Below the pieces are notes generated by a model, which made no database searches, was not told where the DNA came from, and worked only from the letters and a program-made list of their open reading frames with translations. The position numbers and the translations under genes are program-made. Of a DNA stretch of 64,000 bases, positions 27,744-37,388 are shown piece after piece. Position 1 is the first letter of the stretch. Each line of letters starts with the position of its first letter. The stretch spans positions 132,031 through 196,030 of the forward strand of contig CAYUCS010000003.1 in the NCBI GenBank assembly GCA_964443495.1, given 5' to 3'. The stretch comes from an uncultured Gammaproteobacteria bacterium. Lineage in GTDB: Bacteria > Patescibacteriota > Patescibacteriia > Patescibacteriales > GWE2-39-37.

Positions 27744-28259
27744 ATGCGCAAAACCTGCTACAATATCAATATGCCAATAAAACCCTACCAACAAGCAGTC
27801 ATTGATCTGATGGTCCGCCACGAACAATCGATGAAGGACCTATATCTGCTTTATTCGGCTCAGCACGAGGGACGGTATTGGGATTTTTGGCACAAATTGG
27901 TCAAAGAAGAGGCGTCCCACATCAACACGGTCAAGCTGATAGAGGCGAGCCTTGATCAGGGCAAGGCGGATTTCAAGGAGCATCGTTTCAGGGCGGACCT
28001 TATTGAAAAATCGTTAGCGTATATAAACGAAAAGATCGCGGAGGCTCGCTCCAGCGAAGTGGCTTTGTTGCATGCTTTGGCTATAGCCAAAGAGATCGAA
28101 AGTTCGTTCATCGAACATGAATACTTTTCCGTTGTCGATGAGGATTCCGAAGATTTGAAATTCATACTCAACCTTTTACAGAAGGGTGCTGCCGATCATC
28201 AGGCAAGGGTCACTGCTGCCTGGGAATTTGAAAGCAACAGAAAGGAGCACCAGTCATAA
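27744..28259 (+). CDS. Hypothetical helical protein (weak ferritin-like ExxH motif)
   Basis: All-helical composition with KEEASH. An alternative start is ATG 27771. No firm family assignment. Confidence 0.5.
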   Translation: MRKTCYNINMPIKPYQQAVIDLMVRHEQSMKDLYLLYSAQHEGRYWDFWHKLVKEEASHINTVKLIEASLDQGKADFKEHRFRADLIEKSLAYINEKIAEARSSEVALLHALAIAKEIESSFIEHEYFSVVDEDSEDLKFILNLLQKGAADHQARVTAAWEFESNRKEHQS

Positions 28260-28284
28260 AATCATTTTCTATTCGTTAAAATAT

Positions 28285-28316
28285 AGAACGCTTCCGATGC
28301 CGGAAGCGTTCTTTTG
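28285..28316 (+). terminator. Rho-independent terminator
   Basis: AGAACGCTTCCG-ATG-CCGGAAGCGTTCT followed by TTTT. Confidence 0.75.
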
Positions 28317-28332
28317 CATGGCGGGCCGGAAT

Positions 28333-28361
28333 GAAAAAGCGCCCCGATTGCTCAGGGCGCC
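28333..28361 (-). terminator. Terminator of the RecQ-family gene
   Basis: GCGCCC / GGGCGC stem. The minus-strand reading is followed by TTTTT. Confidence 0.6.
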
Positions 28362-28369
28362 GGAATAAT

Positions 28370-30427
28370 TCAATACAATCTTCGCGCGTGGTCTTTGAAC
28401 CGGGCCTTCTTGCGAGGGGTCTTGTCTTCCTTGATTCCAAGAAAGAAAAGCATCATGCCTTTGAAGGCGGAAACCGAGGGCGATTTCGACATGGCGAAGC
28501 ATTTCAACATTTCCTCCCCGGTCAGTGTCCGGTCGCCTATTGCCATCTTGGCTTGGAGAAAACTTTTGTGATGCATAACGGGAAACAGGGCGACTTCCTT
28601 GTCGGACAACCCCTGCTGCCTTTGCCAGGCGCGCAGTTCATTGATGATGGTCTGGCGGTAAGAGTGGTGATGGACATCGAATATGGCCACGTCCAGCGGT
28701 ATCTCCATCTTCTTCTGGATCAGATAGGTCTCGCCGATTTCGCTAAGAAAGTGGATTCGCGATTGCCCGATTTCAGCAACGTAGATGCAGTCTTTCTCGA
28801 GCAAATCCTCAAGCAGCTGTTTCAGGTGGCCCGACCAGACATCCGCGTAGATGCCGAAGTAGCGTCCGTATTTCTCCTTGTCTTCGGCGTCGCCCTTGCC
28901 AAGGAGGACGGACAGCAGCTCTGTAGTGGACACCCGGTACCTGGCGATAAATTCGAGGATGGAGTCGAATCCGGAAACGGTGAAACGGCGGTCAAGCTTG
29001 ATCTCGTTGAAGACATTGGTCTTGAAATATCGGCGGACCATCTCACGGTAGTCGTCCTCAGTGACGCAGGTGGTCATCAGTTGCAGGCGTTTCAAGCGGT
29101 TCAGAAGCCTTTGTTCAAGGACCCCTTCATTGATGACCAGCTCTTCGCCCAGCGGAAACAAGATGTTATCGTCTTGACGGACGATGTAACCCAGATCGAC
29201 CAGGATGCCGACGGCTGAATTGGCGATGGTTTTCGTCCAGGGTTGCTCTTCGACCAGCTTGTTTAGGAAGAATCTTAACTGGGCGAACGATGCCGGATGC
29301 CCCTGGTAATCCGTGAATTTCCTGTTCGTTTCGAAAAGGAAGCGATAGATGCTCCTGATCTTGCCGAAGCTCGGATTTTCCTGGAAGACGAAGAACTGCT
29401 GGGTCGCGCAATCGTAAGGGTGGTAAAAGATGATTGCCTTGGCCGGCTTGCCGTCGCGCCCGGCGCGCCCGGACTCCTGGATGTAGTCTTCGAGTGAGCC
29501 GGGAATCGAGTAATGGATGATCGTATAGACATCCGGCTTGTCGATGCCCATGCCATAGGCGCTGGTGCAAACCATGATGCGCCGTTTGCCCGTAAGGAAT
29601 AGCAGCGAGTTTTCCCGCCGCTCTTCGGCTGTCAGATGCGAGTGGTAGATGGCGGTTTCGTACTTTTCCGACAGCATCTTGTGGACTCCGTTAGCTTGCT
29701 TGATGGTGGACGAGTAGATGATGACCGAGCCTTCGGTCCTTGAGCTGATCAAGTCGTGCAGCAGCTCGATTTTCTGTTCGTTGCCGTCGACGCGGACCAC
29801 CTCGAAGGTGATGTTGTCTCTGAACGGCTCACCCATGATGACATTGATCGTCGAGATGCCGAGCACTTTCTTGACGTCCTCGATGATGTGCGGCGGCGCG
29901 GTGGCAGTGAACAGAGCTAATTGCGGGCAGCCGACCTGCTTGTAGATCTCATTGATGAACAGATAGCTGGGCCGAAAGCTGTGACCCCAAACCGATACGC
30001 AGTGAACCTCGTCGATGACGAACAGGCCTATTTCCCGGTTCTTGATGCAGTCGAGGATGGTTTTGGCAGAGAGGCCTTCGGGCGAGATGTAGAGTATGTC
30101 CACCTCCTTGTTCCTGGTCTTTTTCAAAACCTCCTTTCGTTGGCTTTCGTCCAAGTTCGAGTGCAGCCGCTCAGCTCTCAGCCCGATCCGCCTCCTGACC
30201 TGGTCATCCATGAGCGCGATGAGCGGCGAGATAACGATGGTCAGCTTGGGTCGGTACAAGATTGTCGGAATCTGGAAAATCAGCGATTTGCCTGACCCCG
30301 GGGGCAGTATGACCAGCGTATCTTGTCCATTCATCAAGGAAGTTACAGCCTCGTCTTGCAGCGGCATCATGTTTTTGTGGCCGATGTTAGCAAGACATTC
30401 TTTGATCCGAGCTTTCAGTGCGTCCAT
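28370..30427 (-). CDS. RecQ-family ATP-dependent DNA helicase
   Basis: PPGSGKS, DEVHCVSVWGHSFRPSY, SAYGMGIDKPDV and QESGRAGRDG. The C-terminal half has winged-helix and HRDC-like segments but lacks the four-Cys zinc module. Confidence 0.88.
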   Translation of the reverse strand: MDALKARIKECLANIGHKNMMPLQDEAVTSLMNGQDTLVILPPGSGKSLIFQIPTILYRPKLTIVISPLIALMDDQVRRRIGLRAERLHSNLDESQRKEVLKKTRNKEVDILYISPEGLSAKTILDCIKNREIGLFVIDEVHCVSVWGHSFRPSYLFINEIYKQVGCPQLALFTATAPPHIIEDVKKVLGISTINVIMGEPFRDNITFEVVRVDGNEQKIELLHDLISSRTEGSVIIYSSTIKQANGVHKMLSEKYETAIYHSHLTAEERRENSLLFLTGKRRIMVCTSAYGMGIDKPDVYTIIHYSIPGSLEDYIQESGRAGRDGKPAKAIIFYHPYDCATQQFFVFQENPSFGKIRSIYRFLFETNRKFTDYQGHPASFAQLRFFLNKLVEEQPWTKTIANSAVGILVDLGYIVRQDDNILFPLGEELVINEGVLEQRLLNRLKRLQLMTTCVTEDDYREMVRRYFKTNVFNEIKLDRRFTVSGFDSILEFIARYRVSTTELLSVLLGKGDAEDKEKYGRYFGIYADVWSGHLKQLLEDLLEKDCIYVAEIGQSRIHFLSEIGETYLIQKKMEIPLDVAIFDVHHHSYRQTIINELRAWQRQQGLSDKEVALFPVMHHKSFLQAKMAIGDRTLTGEEMLKCFAMSKSPSVSAFKGMMLFFLGIKEDKTPRKKARFKDHARRLY

Positions 30428-30603
30428 GGTTCTCCTCCTTCGTGATTGTATTGTGATGGTAAAAAGGGCAATTGTAATCGCTTATATTGACATATTTTCA
30501 TGAAAAAGTCAAGTATCTGGCGGTAAGGAGCGGTTGGCATAAAAAAACACCCATGCGGGCGTTTTAGGAATTTTTTTGGATTAATTTTTTTTGCGACGCA
30601 AGG

Positions 30604-31464
30604 TTAAAGGTTCTGAGACAAATCCCCGATTTTTTGACACCCCATGTTATCCAGCCTCGATCCGAGGAGGTCGGCCACCTTTGCGCATTGGGCAAAGATT
30701 TTTTGGAAGTCCTCATGTTTGAAAAGCATCCCCTCGGTAAAAAACATGACTTCTTGATCGACGAATTCAATGTCGTGGCTGATTTCGTTTTCCAGCAAAT
30801 ATGCCATAATTTCCGGGGTGAAAATTTGCAATGCTTCGATTTCATATTCTTTTGCGACTGAGAGCAGATATTTTTTTTCAAATTCGATTGGCGTGCTGAT
30901 GTATTCGCCGATTCGGATGTCGTGATGATTATTTCTGTAGTTAAGCAAGATGTTCGGGAAAACCCCAAGAAATTTAAAAGCAAAGATGGTAAAGTGCTGA
31001 AAGGAGTCGCCTTTTTTTAGCATGAATTCAAAGATCCTGAATTCACGGCCGCCAGTTCGGCCTGTTATGACATTGTTCAGCAGCTTGTCGTCGTACCCTT
31101 CCTTTTCTTTGCTCCTCTTGCGGATTATAACGCTTTTTTCTTGGCGGTGGCTGGCTTCGGCCGTGTGAACCCAACCGTTCGTTTTTGCGATCTGTTGCCA
31201 GAACAGCTCGCGCTTGGCAGACAGCACGCCGGAGTATATCAGAAAAAGCACCAGCAGCGGCGCCGACAAGGCCATCCCTACGGTATTGAATTCAAGCCCG
31301 CCAAAAATAATGCTTAAAATCCCCGGAATCATAAAGACCAGCGAGATCTTGATGAATAAGGCTACCCTTTTCGGGTCTTTAAAGTATGCCTTCACCTGAT
31401 CAGTGGCGGCGGCGTTTATGTCTGAAATTTGCGCTTCGTCAGCAGCTTGAGTATTTTGGCTCAT
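30604..31464 (-). CDS. Hypothetical membrane protein (two N-terminal TM helices plus soluble domain)
   Basis: 286 aa, low GC. TM pair VALFIKISLVFMIPGILSIIFGG and ALSAPLLVLFLIYSGVL. No motif recognised. Confidence 0.6.
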   Translation of the reverse strand: MSQNTQAADEAQISDINAAATDQVKAYFKDPKRVALFIKISLVFMIPGILSIIFGGLEFNTVGMALSAPLLVLFLIYSGVLSAKRELFWQQIAKTNGWVHTAEASHRQEKSVIIRKRSKEKEGYDDKLLNNVITGRTGGREFRIFEFMLKKGDSFQHFTIFAFKFLGVFPNILLNYRNNHHDIRIGEYISTPIEFEKKYLLSVAKEYEIEALQIFTPEIMAYLLENEISHDIEFVDQEVMFFTEGMLFKHEDFQKIFAQCAKVADLLGSRLDNMGCQKIGDLSQNL

Positions 31465-31607
31465 AAATTTTGATTGTTATGAACATATTGTACCTCAAAA
31501 ATGAAACGAAGGCACCTGTGTCGGAGGAGTTTCGCAAGATGATTGGTTAATGGAATTTTAATATGCAAGACGTATTTTAAATAAGCTAAAGATTAATCGT
31601 TAAATTT

Positions 31608-32288
31608 ATGAAAATCGGAATAATGGGCACAGGAATCGTCGGCCGCACGCATGCGGAAAAATTGTCAGAATTGGGCCACCAGGTCATGATCGGCACGCGA
31701 GATGTGGGCAGGACATTGGCAGAAACGCAAACTGACCAGATGGGCAATCAGCCGTTCAGCGATTGGTTCAAGGGCCATTCGCAAGTCCGGTTGGGCACAT
31801 TCGCAGAGACGGCAGATTTCGGCGAACTGATTATCGATGTTTTGCGAGGCGAGGTCGTCTTGGAAGTTTTCTCGTCGCTCAATGCCGATAAGTTGGCCGG
31901 CAAGGTGATTATCGATATTGCCAATGCTTTGGATTTTTCCAAGGGCATGCCGCCGACATTGTTGACTCACGACGGAAATTCATTGGGTGAACGCTTGCAG
32001 CAGCTACTGCCGAGGTCGAAAGTGGTGAAGACCTTGAATACGGTCTCGGCTCAGTTGCAAGTGAATCCATTGCAATTGGCGGATGGCGATCACGTTGTTT
32101 TTATGAGCGGCAATGACAGCGACGCCAAGAAAGCCGTGGAGCAAATACTCAAGAGCTATGGCTGGAAACATGTCATAGACTTGGGCGACATAACCACGGC
32201 AAGGGGCACCGAGTTGATGATGCCGATCTGGCTGCGTCTCTGGGGAGTCGTGGGTACGCCGATATTCAATTACAAGATAATGAGGTAG
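31608..32288 (+). CDS. NAD(P)-binding oxidoreductase (NADPH-dependent F420 reductase/ProC-like fold)
   Basis: N-terminal Rossmann motif MKIGIMGTGIVGRTHA. Size and layout match the Npd-like family. Confidence 0.7.
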   Translation: MKIGIMGTGIVGRTHAEKLSELGHQVMIGTRDVGRTLAETQTDQMGNQPFSDWFKGHSQVRLGTFAETADFGELIIDVLRGEVVLEVFSSLNADKLAGKVIIDIANALDFSKGMPPTLLTHDGNSLGERLQQLLPRSKVVKTLNTVSAQLQVNPLQLADGDHVVFMSGNDSDAKKAVEQILKSYGWKHVIDLGDITTARGTELMMPIWLRLWGVVGTPIFNYKIMR

Positions 32289-32381
32289 CTGAAATAAAAA
32301 ATCCCGCCTTTAAGCGGGATTTTAGTATTGCGCATCCAAGGGTGCGCGTATTTTTGCCGGCGTTTATAAATTCGAGCAGAC

Positions 32382-33908
32382 CTAGTAGGTCAGATTCATC
32401 AAGTTGGCCTCATACCATTTTTTCTCATTCACGATTTTTCGCCGCTCGTTCAGCCATTCTTCCCAGCCGCAGAAATTGCGGCCGTCAAGCTCGCTCGGCG
32501 TTTTACTGTCTTTGCATACGTTCGCGTCGCGAGCGACATATTTTTCAACTCTGCCAAGGACGTCCGGCGACAGCATGGTCAGCTCGTAGAGCCTGATCCG
32601 GGAATCCGGCCGCTCCGCCAAGGCCACATTGGCCTGCAAGATGAACCGCTCGACCGGCAGGATGGTTGCCAGGGAAAACATCCAAAGAAACAAGAAGGCG
32701 CTGAACTTGATGACATTCGGCAAGGCGTCCTGGAAAAAGCGGGAAACGATCCAGGCGAACAGGATGCCGATGAAGATGACGGTGTAAGCGGCGAAAAACT
32801 TCTCGTAACTGAAACCGTAAAGCGTGACATACAGGTACATTCGGTAACCGGCCGAGAGCAAGAGCAAGCATGAGGCGCCGACAAAGACGGCCAGTATCTT
32901 ATGGACGAGGGCGTTGGTTTTGCGGAAGCTTAACGAAAAGAAAAATATGTTGATGATCGACAAGGCGAATAATTGCCAGAAGCCGCTTTTGACCAGGGTT
33001 TCAGTTTCAGAAAAGCTGATCGGCAAATCATTGACCCAAAGCCGGTTCAGCTGCAGGTAGAGGAAGAGGAAGTATAGGAGCAAGATGCCGCCTAAGACGA
33101 TGCCGGCGACGATCGAATCGACAGGCTTATCCGCCCGGCTGTGCTTATTCAGCTCGAACGGCCACAGCCAAGCCAATGCGACGGACAACAAAAAGATAGC
33201 TATGGCGCAAAAGACCGCAGTTTTGCCGATAAAATCAAGCGAGACCCAGCCATCGAAAAGCTTGTACAGCTCATCCATCTTGGCGGCAAAAAGAGGATCA
33301 GCGCTAGAAAGCAGCGGGATGACGACAATAAAGGCGATGGCCAGGAGCAGCAGCGAGCCGATCAGGATTTTTTTAACCACCTCCAGTCCTTTGCGCTCCT
33401 TGGGAAAGATAACGTCGCCGTAAAGATTGGCCGCCTTCGAGACTTTAGGCAAGAAGCCGAGGACTCGTGCGATCAGCCCACTGAAAAAAGCCAAGTCCCA
33501 CCGTCGGCGTTCGCGGTGTTCGAGTTGGGCGTAATTGTAGAACGCGATAAATGATGGCGGCAATACCAAAATAGTGAAAACTTTCAAAAACGGATTGTCG
33601 TAAAGCGAGAAGCTCAGGGCCATCAAGCCGAAAGGCAAAAGCCAGGACAAATTGGGCTTGGCGAGCAGCTGCTTGCCGGCATAGGACTTGTAAAATAGAA
33701 AATATACAAGCGACAGCAGCACGGTCATGTTGATTCCCAGCGCGTAGATGCCCTTGTCGAAAAAGTTCCAGACAAAATTCACGAAAAAAAGCGCCGACAA
33801 GACACTTGTGGCCATGATGCCATAGAGTTCTTTCATCGGCTTGGTTCGATTTTCACGCTCCGTCCCGTCCGGAGCCTTGGGGGCGATGATCGTATAGGTT
33901 TTTTCCAT
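32382..33908 (-). CDS. Large polytopic membrane protein of unknown function
   Basis: 508 aa with about 12 predicted TM segments and a soluble C-terminal tail of about 70 aa containing Cys residues. Confidence 0.7.
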   Translation of the reverse strand: MEKTYTIIAPKAPDGTERENRTKPMKELYGIMATSVLSALFFVNFVWNFFDKGIYALGINMTVLLSLVYFLFYKSYAGKQLLAKPNLSWLLPFGLMALSFSLYDNPFLKVFTILVLPPSFIAFYNYAQLEHRERRRWDLAFFSGLIARVLGFLPKVSKAANLYGDVIFPKERKGLEVVKKILIGSLLLLAIAFIVVIPLLSSADPLFAAKMDELYKLFDGWVSLDFIGKTAVFCAIAIFLLSVALAWLWPFELNKHSRADKPVDSIVAGIVLGGILLLYFLFLYLQLNRLWVNDLPISFSETETLVKSGFWQLFALSIINIFFFSLSFRKTNALVHKILAVFVGASCLLLLSAGYRMYLYVTLYGFSYEKFFAAYTVIFIGILFAWIVSRFFQDALPNVIKFSAFLFLWMFSLATILPVERFILQANVALAERPDSRIRLYELTMLSPDVLGRVEKYVARDANVCKDSKTPSELDGRNFCGWEEWLNERRKIVNEKKWYEANLMNLTY

Positions 33909-34099
33909 AGATTTCAGCTAACCAAAGCATTAGGGTTGCTCATACTGTAAGTAAATAACCTTTTATCAACCTTGTCCATAGCTATGACTGGTATGGATGT
34001 AAACAAAAAAAACGGACATCAAAGCCCGTTTTTTGTTTTGGGGTGAACGAACGAGAAAGTTGGAAAACTTTTTTGAAGGAGTATTTGCTGAATAGCTAA

Positions 34100-34146
34100 T
34101 TGACGTGGAATGTCCTTTAAGATATCATATTAATATAAAATGATAT
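34100..34146 (+). promoter_or_regulatory. Promoter and inverted repeat upstream of the ArsR-led island operon
   Basis: TTGACG (34100-34105), 17 nt, TATCAT (34123-34128). ATATCAT (34122) and ATGATAT (34140) form an inverted repeat overlapping the -10. Confidence 0.5.
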
Positions 34147-34157
34147 GATATTATATT

Positions 34158-34475
34158 ATGATTAAATCTATATGCTGCTCTAATAAAGAGCTCTTAAAGA
34201 AATATGGCGATATGGCTAAGTTTTTACGCGTAATTGGCGAAGACAATAGGTTAAAAATTATTTGCATCTTGAAGGATGGAGAGCGGTGTGTTTGTGAGAT
34301 TGTTGATAGTTTGGATTTGTCACAAACTTTAATTTCTAATCACTTGAAAGCCTTGCGCGATCTAGGGCTAATCGAAAGCCGACAAGAGTGGAAAAAGGTC
34401 TATTATTCAATCAATAAAAAAACATTTAAAAAATATAATTCATTATTAACTAATTTTTTAAAAAACTATGAGTAA
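34158..34475 (+). CDS. ArsR/SmtB-family metal(loid)-responsive repressor
   Basis: HTH LSQTLISNHLKALRDLGLI. The CVC motif (ERCVCEIV) lies at the usual metal(loid)-binding position. Confidence 0.88.
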   Translation: MIKSICCSNKELLKKYGDMAKFLRVIGEDNRLKIICILKDGERCVCEIVDSLDLSQTLISNHLKALRDLGLIESRQEWKKVYYSINKKTFKKYNSLLTNFLKNYE

Positions 34476-34773
34476 TAAAATTGAGAATATTCAAGTTTTA
34501 GGCACCGGTTGCCCAACTTGCAAGAAATTATTTGAAACCACCAAGCAGGTTGTTTCGGAGTTAGGCATCAAGATTGAAGTTGAATATATCAATGACCTTG
34601 GAAAGATAATGGCTATGGGCGTGATGTCTAGTCCGGTACTAGTGATTAATAATCAAGCGGTCGTCGCCGGACAATCTCCGAGTGCTGATAAAATTAAAGA
34701 ATTATTGACTAGCGAGCAATGGTCTGCACCAAAAGAACCAGCTGGTTGCTGTTCTTGCGGCGGCAAGTGTTAA
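34468..34773 (+). CDS. Thioredoxin-fold redox-active disulfide protein (TM0996/MTH895-like) with Cys-rich tail
   Basis: GTGCPTCKKL CxxC motif and MSSPVLVINN. C-terminal CCSCGGKC. Overlaps the ArsR stop by 8 nt. Confidence 0.85.
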   Translation: MSNKIENIQVLGTGCPTCKKLFETTKQVVSELGIKIEVEYINDLGKIMAMGVMSSPVLVINNQAVVAGQSPSADKIKELLTSEQWSAPKEPAGCCSCGGKC

Positions 34774-34777
34774 TTTT

Positions 34778-35806
34778 ATGAGCATATTTTACCCTATACA
34801 ACTATTCGCCAATTGGCTGTCGTTTGATATTTTCGGATTAACTCCGAAAACATTGGCAGGCGAGGCAGTTAATTTTTTTGTTTTTGATACGATCAAAGTC
34901 TTTTTGCTTTTAGCAGTTATTATCTACATTGTCTCATTTATCCGCACCTATTTGCCACCCGAAAAAATCAGAGGCATTTTGTCGCATAAGAATAAATATT
35001 TCGGTCATGTTTTGGCGAGTCTGTTTGGCATTATAACGCCATTTTGCTCTTGCAGTGCTGTGCCATTATTTTTGGGTTTTGTTGAGGCGGGCGTACCGTT
35101 GGGTGTGACATTCTCCTTTTTGGTATCCTCGCCGATGATTAATGAGGTAGCCTTGGTGTTATTGCTTGGCATGTTCGGTTGGAAGATTGCCTTGATTTAC
35201 GTGGCTAGCGGTTTGATGATTGCTATTTTATCAGGACTCGCAATTGGCTTTTTTAATGTTGAACATTTGTTAGCTGATTTTATCAACAAGAATCGAGCCA
35301 AGCAAAATGCGATGCCATTAATGAAAATGACCACAAAGGACAGACAAGAATATGCTTGGAATTATGTTAAAGATATTATTAAAAAGGTTTGGCCATATAT
35401 CATAATTGGTATCGGCTTAGGTGCATGGATACACGGTTATGTGCCGACAGATTTTTTGGCCAAATATGCCGGGGCAGATAAATGGTACGCAGTGCCCCTA
35501 GCAACGTTGATCGGTATTCCGCTATACTCAAATGCCGCCGGCGTAATCCCATTGGTTAGCGCTTTGACCGAGAAAGGTGTAAGCATGGGGACAACCATGG
35601 CTTTTATGATGGCTGTGACGGCATTGTCGTTGCCCGAGTTCATGATTTTAAAGAAAGTCATGAAGACACGTTTAATCGTCATCTTTGCCGGTACGGTTGG
35701 TATAGGCATTATTATTACAGGCTATATGTTTAATTACATTATAGGCAATAATCACGGCAAGGTTCAGGCTATTGCTAATCAGGCAAGCGTAGAGCTAGAG
35801 AATTAA
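34778..35806 (+). CDS. Permease of the DUF318/YraQ (ArsP-like) family
   Basis: Polytopic protein. FGIITPFCSCSAVPLF is the family-typical CSC motif. Confidence 0.8.
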   Translation: MSIFYPIQLFANWLSFDIFGLTPKTLAGEAVNFFVFDTIKVFLLLAVIIYIVSFIRTYLPPEKIRGILSHKNKYFGHVLASLFGIITPFCSCSAVPLFLGFVEAGVPLGVTFSFLVSSPMINEVALVLLLGMFGWKIALIYVASGLMIAILSGLAIGFFNVEHLLADFINKNRAKQNAMPLMKMTTKDRQEYAWNYVKDIIKKVWPYIIIGIGLGAWIHGYVPTDFLAKYAGADKWYAVPLATLIGIPLYSNAAGVIPLVSALTEKGVSMGTTMAFMMAVTALSLPEFMILKKVMKTRLIVIFAGTVGIGIIITGYMFNYIIGNNHGKVQAIANQASVELEN

Positions 35807-35821
35807 TTATTAATAATTTCC

Positions 35822-36316
35822 ATGCTTATGAATAAATCATTAATATTATTATTGCTTATTTCAGTTAGTTTAACTTTAACTGGCTGTGGCAAGCAAGGCG
35901 TTGCAACGGATCAACAAGTTAAACCAGCAATCGCAAAAAAAAGAAGTGCGGACTATAGTCAAATGTCATCGCGGGAGAATGTGGCTGATAAGGTTCAGGT
36001 TTTTTTATTCCACCCCACTCAACGCTGTTCAACTTGTATAGCCATTGGAAAATTGGCGGGAGAAACGGTTAATGAAAGATTTCAAGCGGAACTCAAGTCG
36101 GGTAAAATTGAATTTAGAGAAGTTAATATTGATTTACCTGAGAATAAGGCATTGGCCACAAAATTCCAAGCGAGCGGATCAGCTTTATATCTGAATGCAA
36201 TCAGTGGTGACACTGATCGGATTGAGCAAGATGCCAAGGTTTGGCGCTTAACCCAAGATCCAGTCGTTTTTAAGGAATACCTTGAGGGCAGAATCAATAT
36301 CTTGCTTGGCAAATAA
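35822..36316 (+). CDS. Lipoprotein with thioredoxin-like CxxC region
   Basis: Lipobox LTLTGC. HPTQRCSTCIAIG. It resembles the small proteins usually paired with CcdA-like transporters in arsenical/redox clusters (from memory; name not certain). Confidence 0.6.
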   Translation: MLMNKSLILLLLISVSLTLTGCGKQGVATDQQVKPAIAKKRSADYSQMSSRENVADKVQVFLFHPTQRCSTCIAIGKLAGETVNERFQAELKSGKIEFREVNIDLPENKALATKFQASGSALYLNAISGDTDRIEQDAKVWRLTQDPVVFKEYLEGRINILLGK

Positions 36317-36318
36317 AT

Positions 36319-37047
36319 ATGGAATTAATTAACGCCCTTATTGATAATTACAACATTCCGATTTTATCAGCTTTTTTGCTGGGCGTTTTAACTTCGGTCA
36401 GTCCTTGTCCATTAGCCACCAATATCACAGCCGTTGCCTATATCTCTAAAGAGATTAAATCAGCAAAGAATACCTTATTAAACGGACTAGCCTATACGGT
36501 CGGGCGTGGCATTTCTTATGCAGTATTGGCTATGCTGATATATTTCGGCTTATCGTCATTTAAAATCTCAAGCATTTTTCAGGGTTGGGGTGATAAGGTG
36601 CTAGGAATCGTTTTGATTTTAATTGGCTTGGTTATGTTCGATGTGATCAGAATAAACATCGGAGCAAATAATGAAAGACTAGAAAAAATCAAAAGCTGGC
36701 TAGCTCAAAAGGGTTATATCGGGTCATTGTTATTAGGCGTGATTTTTTCGTTGGCTTTTTGTCCATACAGCGGAGTTTTATTTTTTGGCGTACTTGTGCC
36801 GTTGGTGGTGAAGTCTGCCGAGGGATTGCTGTTGCCAATCGTTTTCGCAATTGGTACTGGTTTGCCGGTGATTATATTTTCTTTTCTTTTGGCATTCAGT
36901 GTTGGTAAAGTTGGTAAAATGTTCGGTGCTATTCAGAAATTTGAGAAAGTCATGAGGTACGGCATTGCCTCTATTTTTATTATATCGGGTGTGTATTATT
37001 TGCAATTTTTATTTAAATATTTAGCACGTATTTGGATTGTAGATTAA
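36319..37047 (+). CDS. CcdA/DsbD-like thiol-disulfide transmembrane protein
   Basis: Six TM segments. Conserved Cys in TSVSPCPLA and AFCPYSG, matching the two half-channel Cys of the CcdA family. Confidence 0.8.
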   Translation: MELINALIDNYNIPILSAFLLGVLTSVSPCPLATNITAVAYISKEIKSAKNTLLNGLAYTVGRGISYAVLAMLIYFGLSSFKISSIFQGWGDKVLGIVLILIGLVMFDVIRINIGANNERLEKIKSWLAQKGYIGSLLLGVIFSLAFCPYSGVLFFGVLVPLVVKSAEGLLLPIVFAIGTGLPVIIFSFLLAFSVGKVGKMFGAIQKFEKVMRYGIASIFIISGVYYLQFLFKYLARIWIVD

Positions 37048-37086
37048 CTTCGAATGGAAAACTCCGTTTCTTGCCTTACATAACAG

Positions 37087-37113
37087 AAAATCCTCGCAAA
37101 AAGCGAGGATTTT
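37087..37113. terminator. Hairpin terminator closing the island operon
   Basis: AAAATCCTCGC-AAAAA-GCGAGGATTTT. Confidence 0.75.
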
Positions 37114-37121
37114 CATTTAGG

Positions 37122-37194
37122 GGTGGCTACAGGGAATCGAACCCTGATAATCGGCACCACAAGCCGGTGTAATAACCGCTATACGATAGCCACC
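37122..37194 (-). tRNA. tRNA-His (GTG) with encoded G-1
   Basis: Minus-strand G-GTGGCTA...CCGGC-TTGTGGT-GCCGA...CAGGG-TTCGATT-CCCTG-TAGCCAC-C. The extra 5' G pairs with C73. No complete CCA is encoded. Confidence 0.85.
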
Positions 37195-37223
37195 ATGAAG
37201 CCTATCGATTGATAGACTAAAAT

Positions 37224-37252
37224 AATATACTGTAAACTTTGATTCTTGGCAA
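37224..37252 (-). promoter_or_regulatory. Promoter of tRNA-His
   Basis: Minus-strand TTGCCA (37252-37247), 17 nt, TATATT (37229-37224), about 25 nt upstream of the tRNA 5' end. Confidence 0.6.
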
Positions 37253-37256
37253 GACC

Positions 37257-37321
37257 AGTACCCCCGGCAGCCTGCCTGCCGGCAGGCAGGGAGTCGAAGG
37301 GGCGGAAGCCCCACGCCGAAC
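37257..37321 (-). repeat. Displaced copy of the tRNA-Arg 3' end plus conserved GC hairpin (att-like remnant)
   Basis: Minus strand: CGGCGT-GGGGCTTCCGCCCC-TTCGACTC-[20-nt perfect palindrome]-CTGCCGGGGGTACT. The flanks are identical to 37387-37408 inside tRNA-Arg. Confidence 0.7.
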
Positions 37322-37388
37322 AGTAAATTCTTGACCAAGCCAGGAATAATAATATTTAACCCCAGAAGAATCTGGGCTTAAATATTAG

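Noticed and set aside
28331-29218. 295-aa ORF on the plus strand
   Set aside because: It is antisense to the RecQ-family helicase gene and has no motifs. The same reasoning applies to 37495-38178 (antisense to rpsO), 61212-62012 (antisense to rnj), 56532-57107 (antisense to the Memo-like gene), 5111-5764 (antisense to the P-type ATPase) and 41947-42651 (antisense to nusA).
34035-34056. GGGGTGAACGAAC as a possible degenerate tRNA-His 3' remnant marking the far boundary of the low-GC island
   Set aside because: Only the first 6 nt and a short CGAAC match tRNA-His (GGGGTGGCTACAGGGAATCGAAC). This is too little identity to distinguish from chance, so the left boundary of the island remains undefined.
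37117-37338. 73-aa ORF (MVKNLLFGVGLPP...) running through the Arg att-like fragment
   Set aside because: It overlaps the whole tRNA-His gene and its promoter. The peptide similarity (GVGLPP) to a reading frame at the Leu(TAA) fragment simply reflects the shared nucleotide motif GGCGTGGGGCTTCCGCCC.
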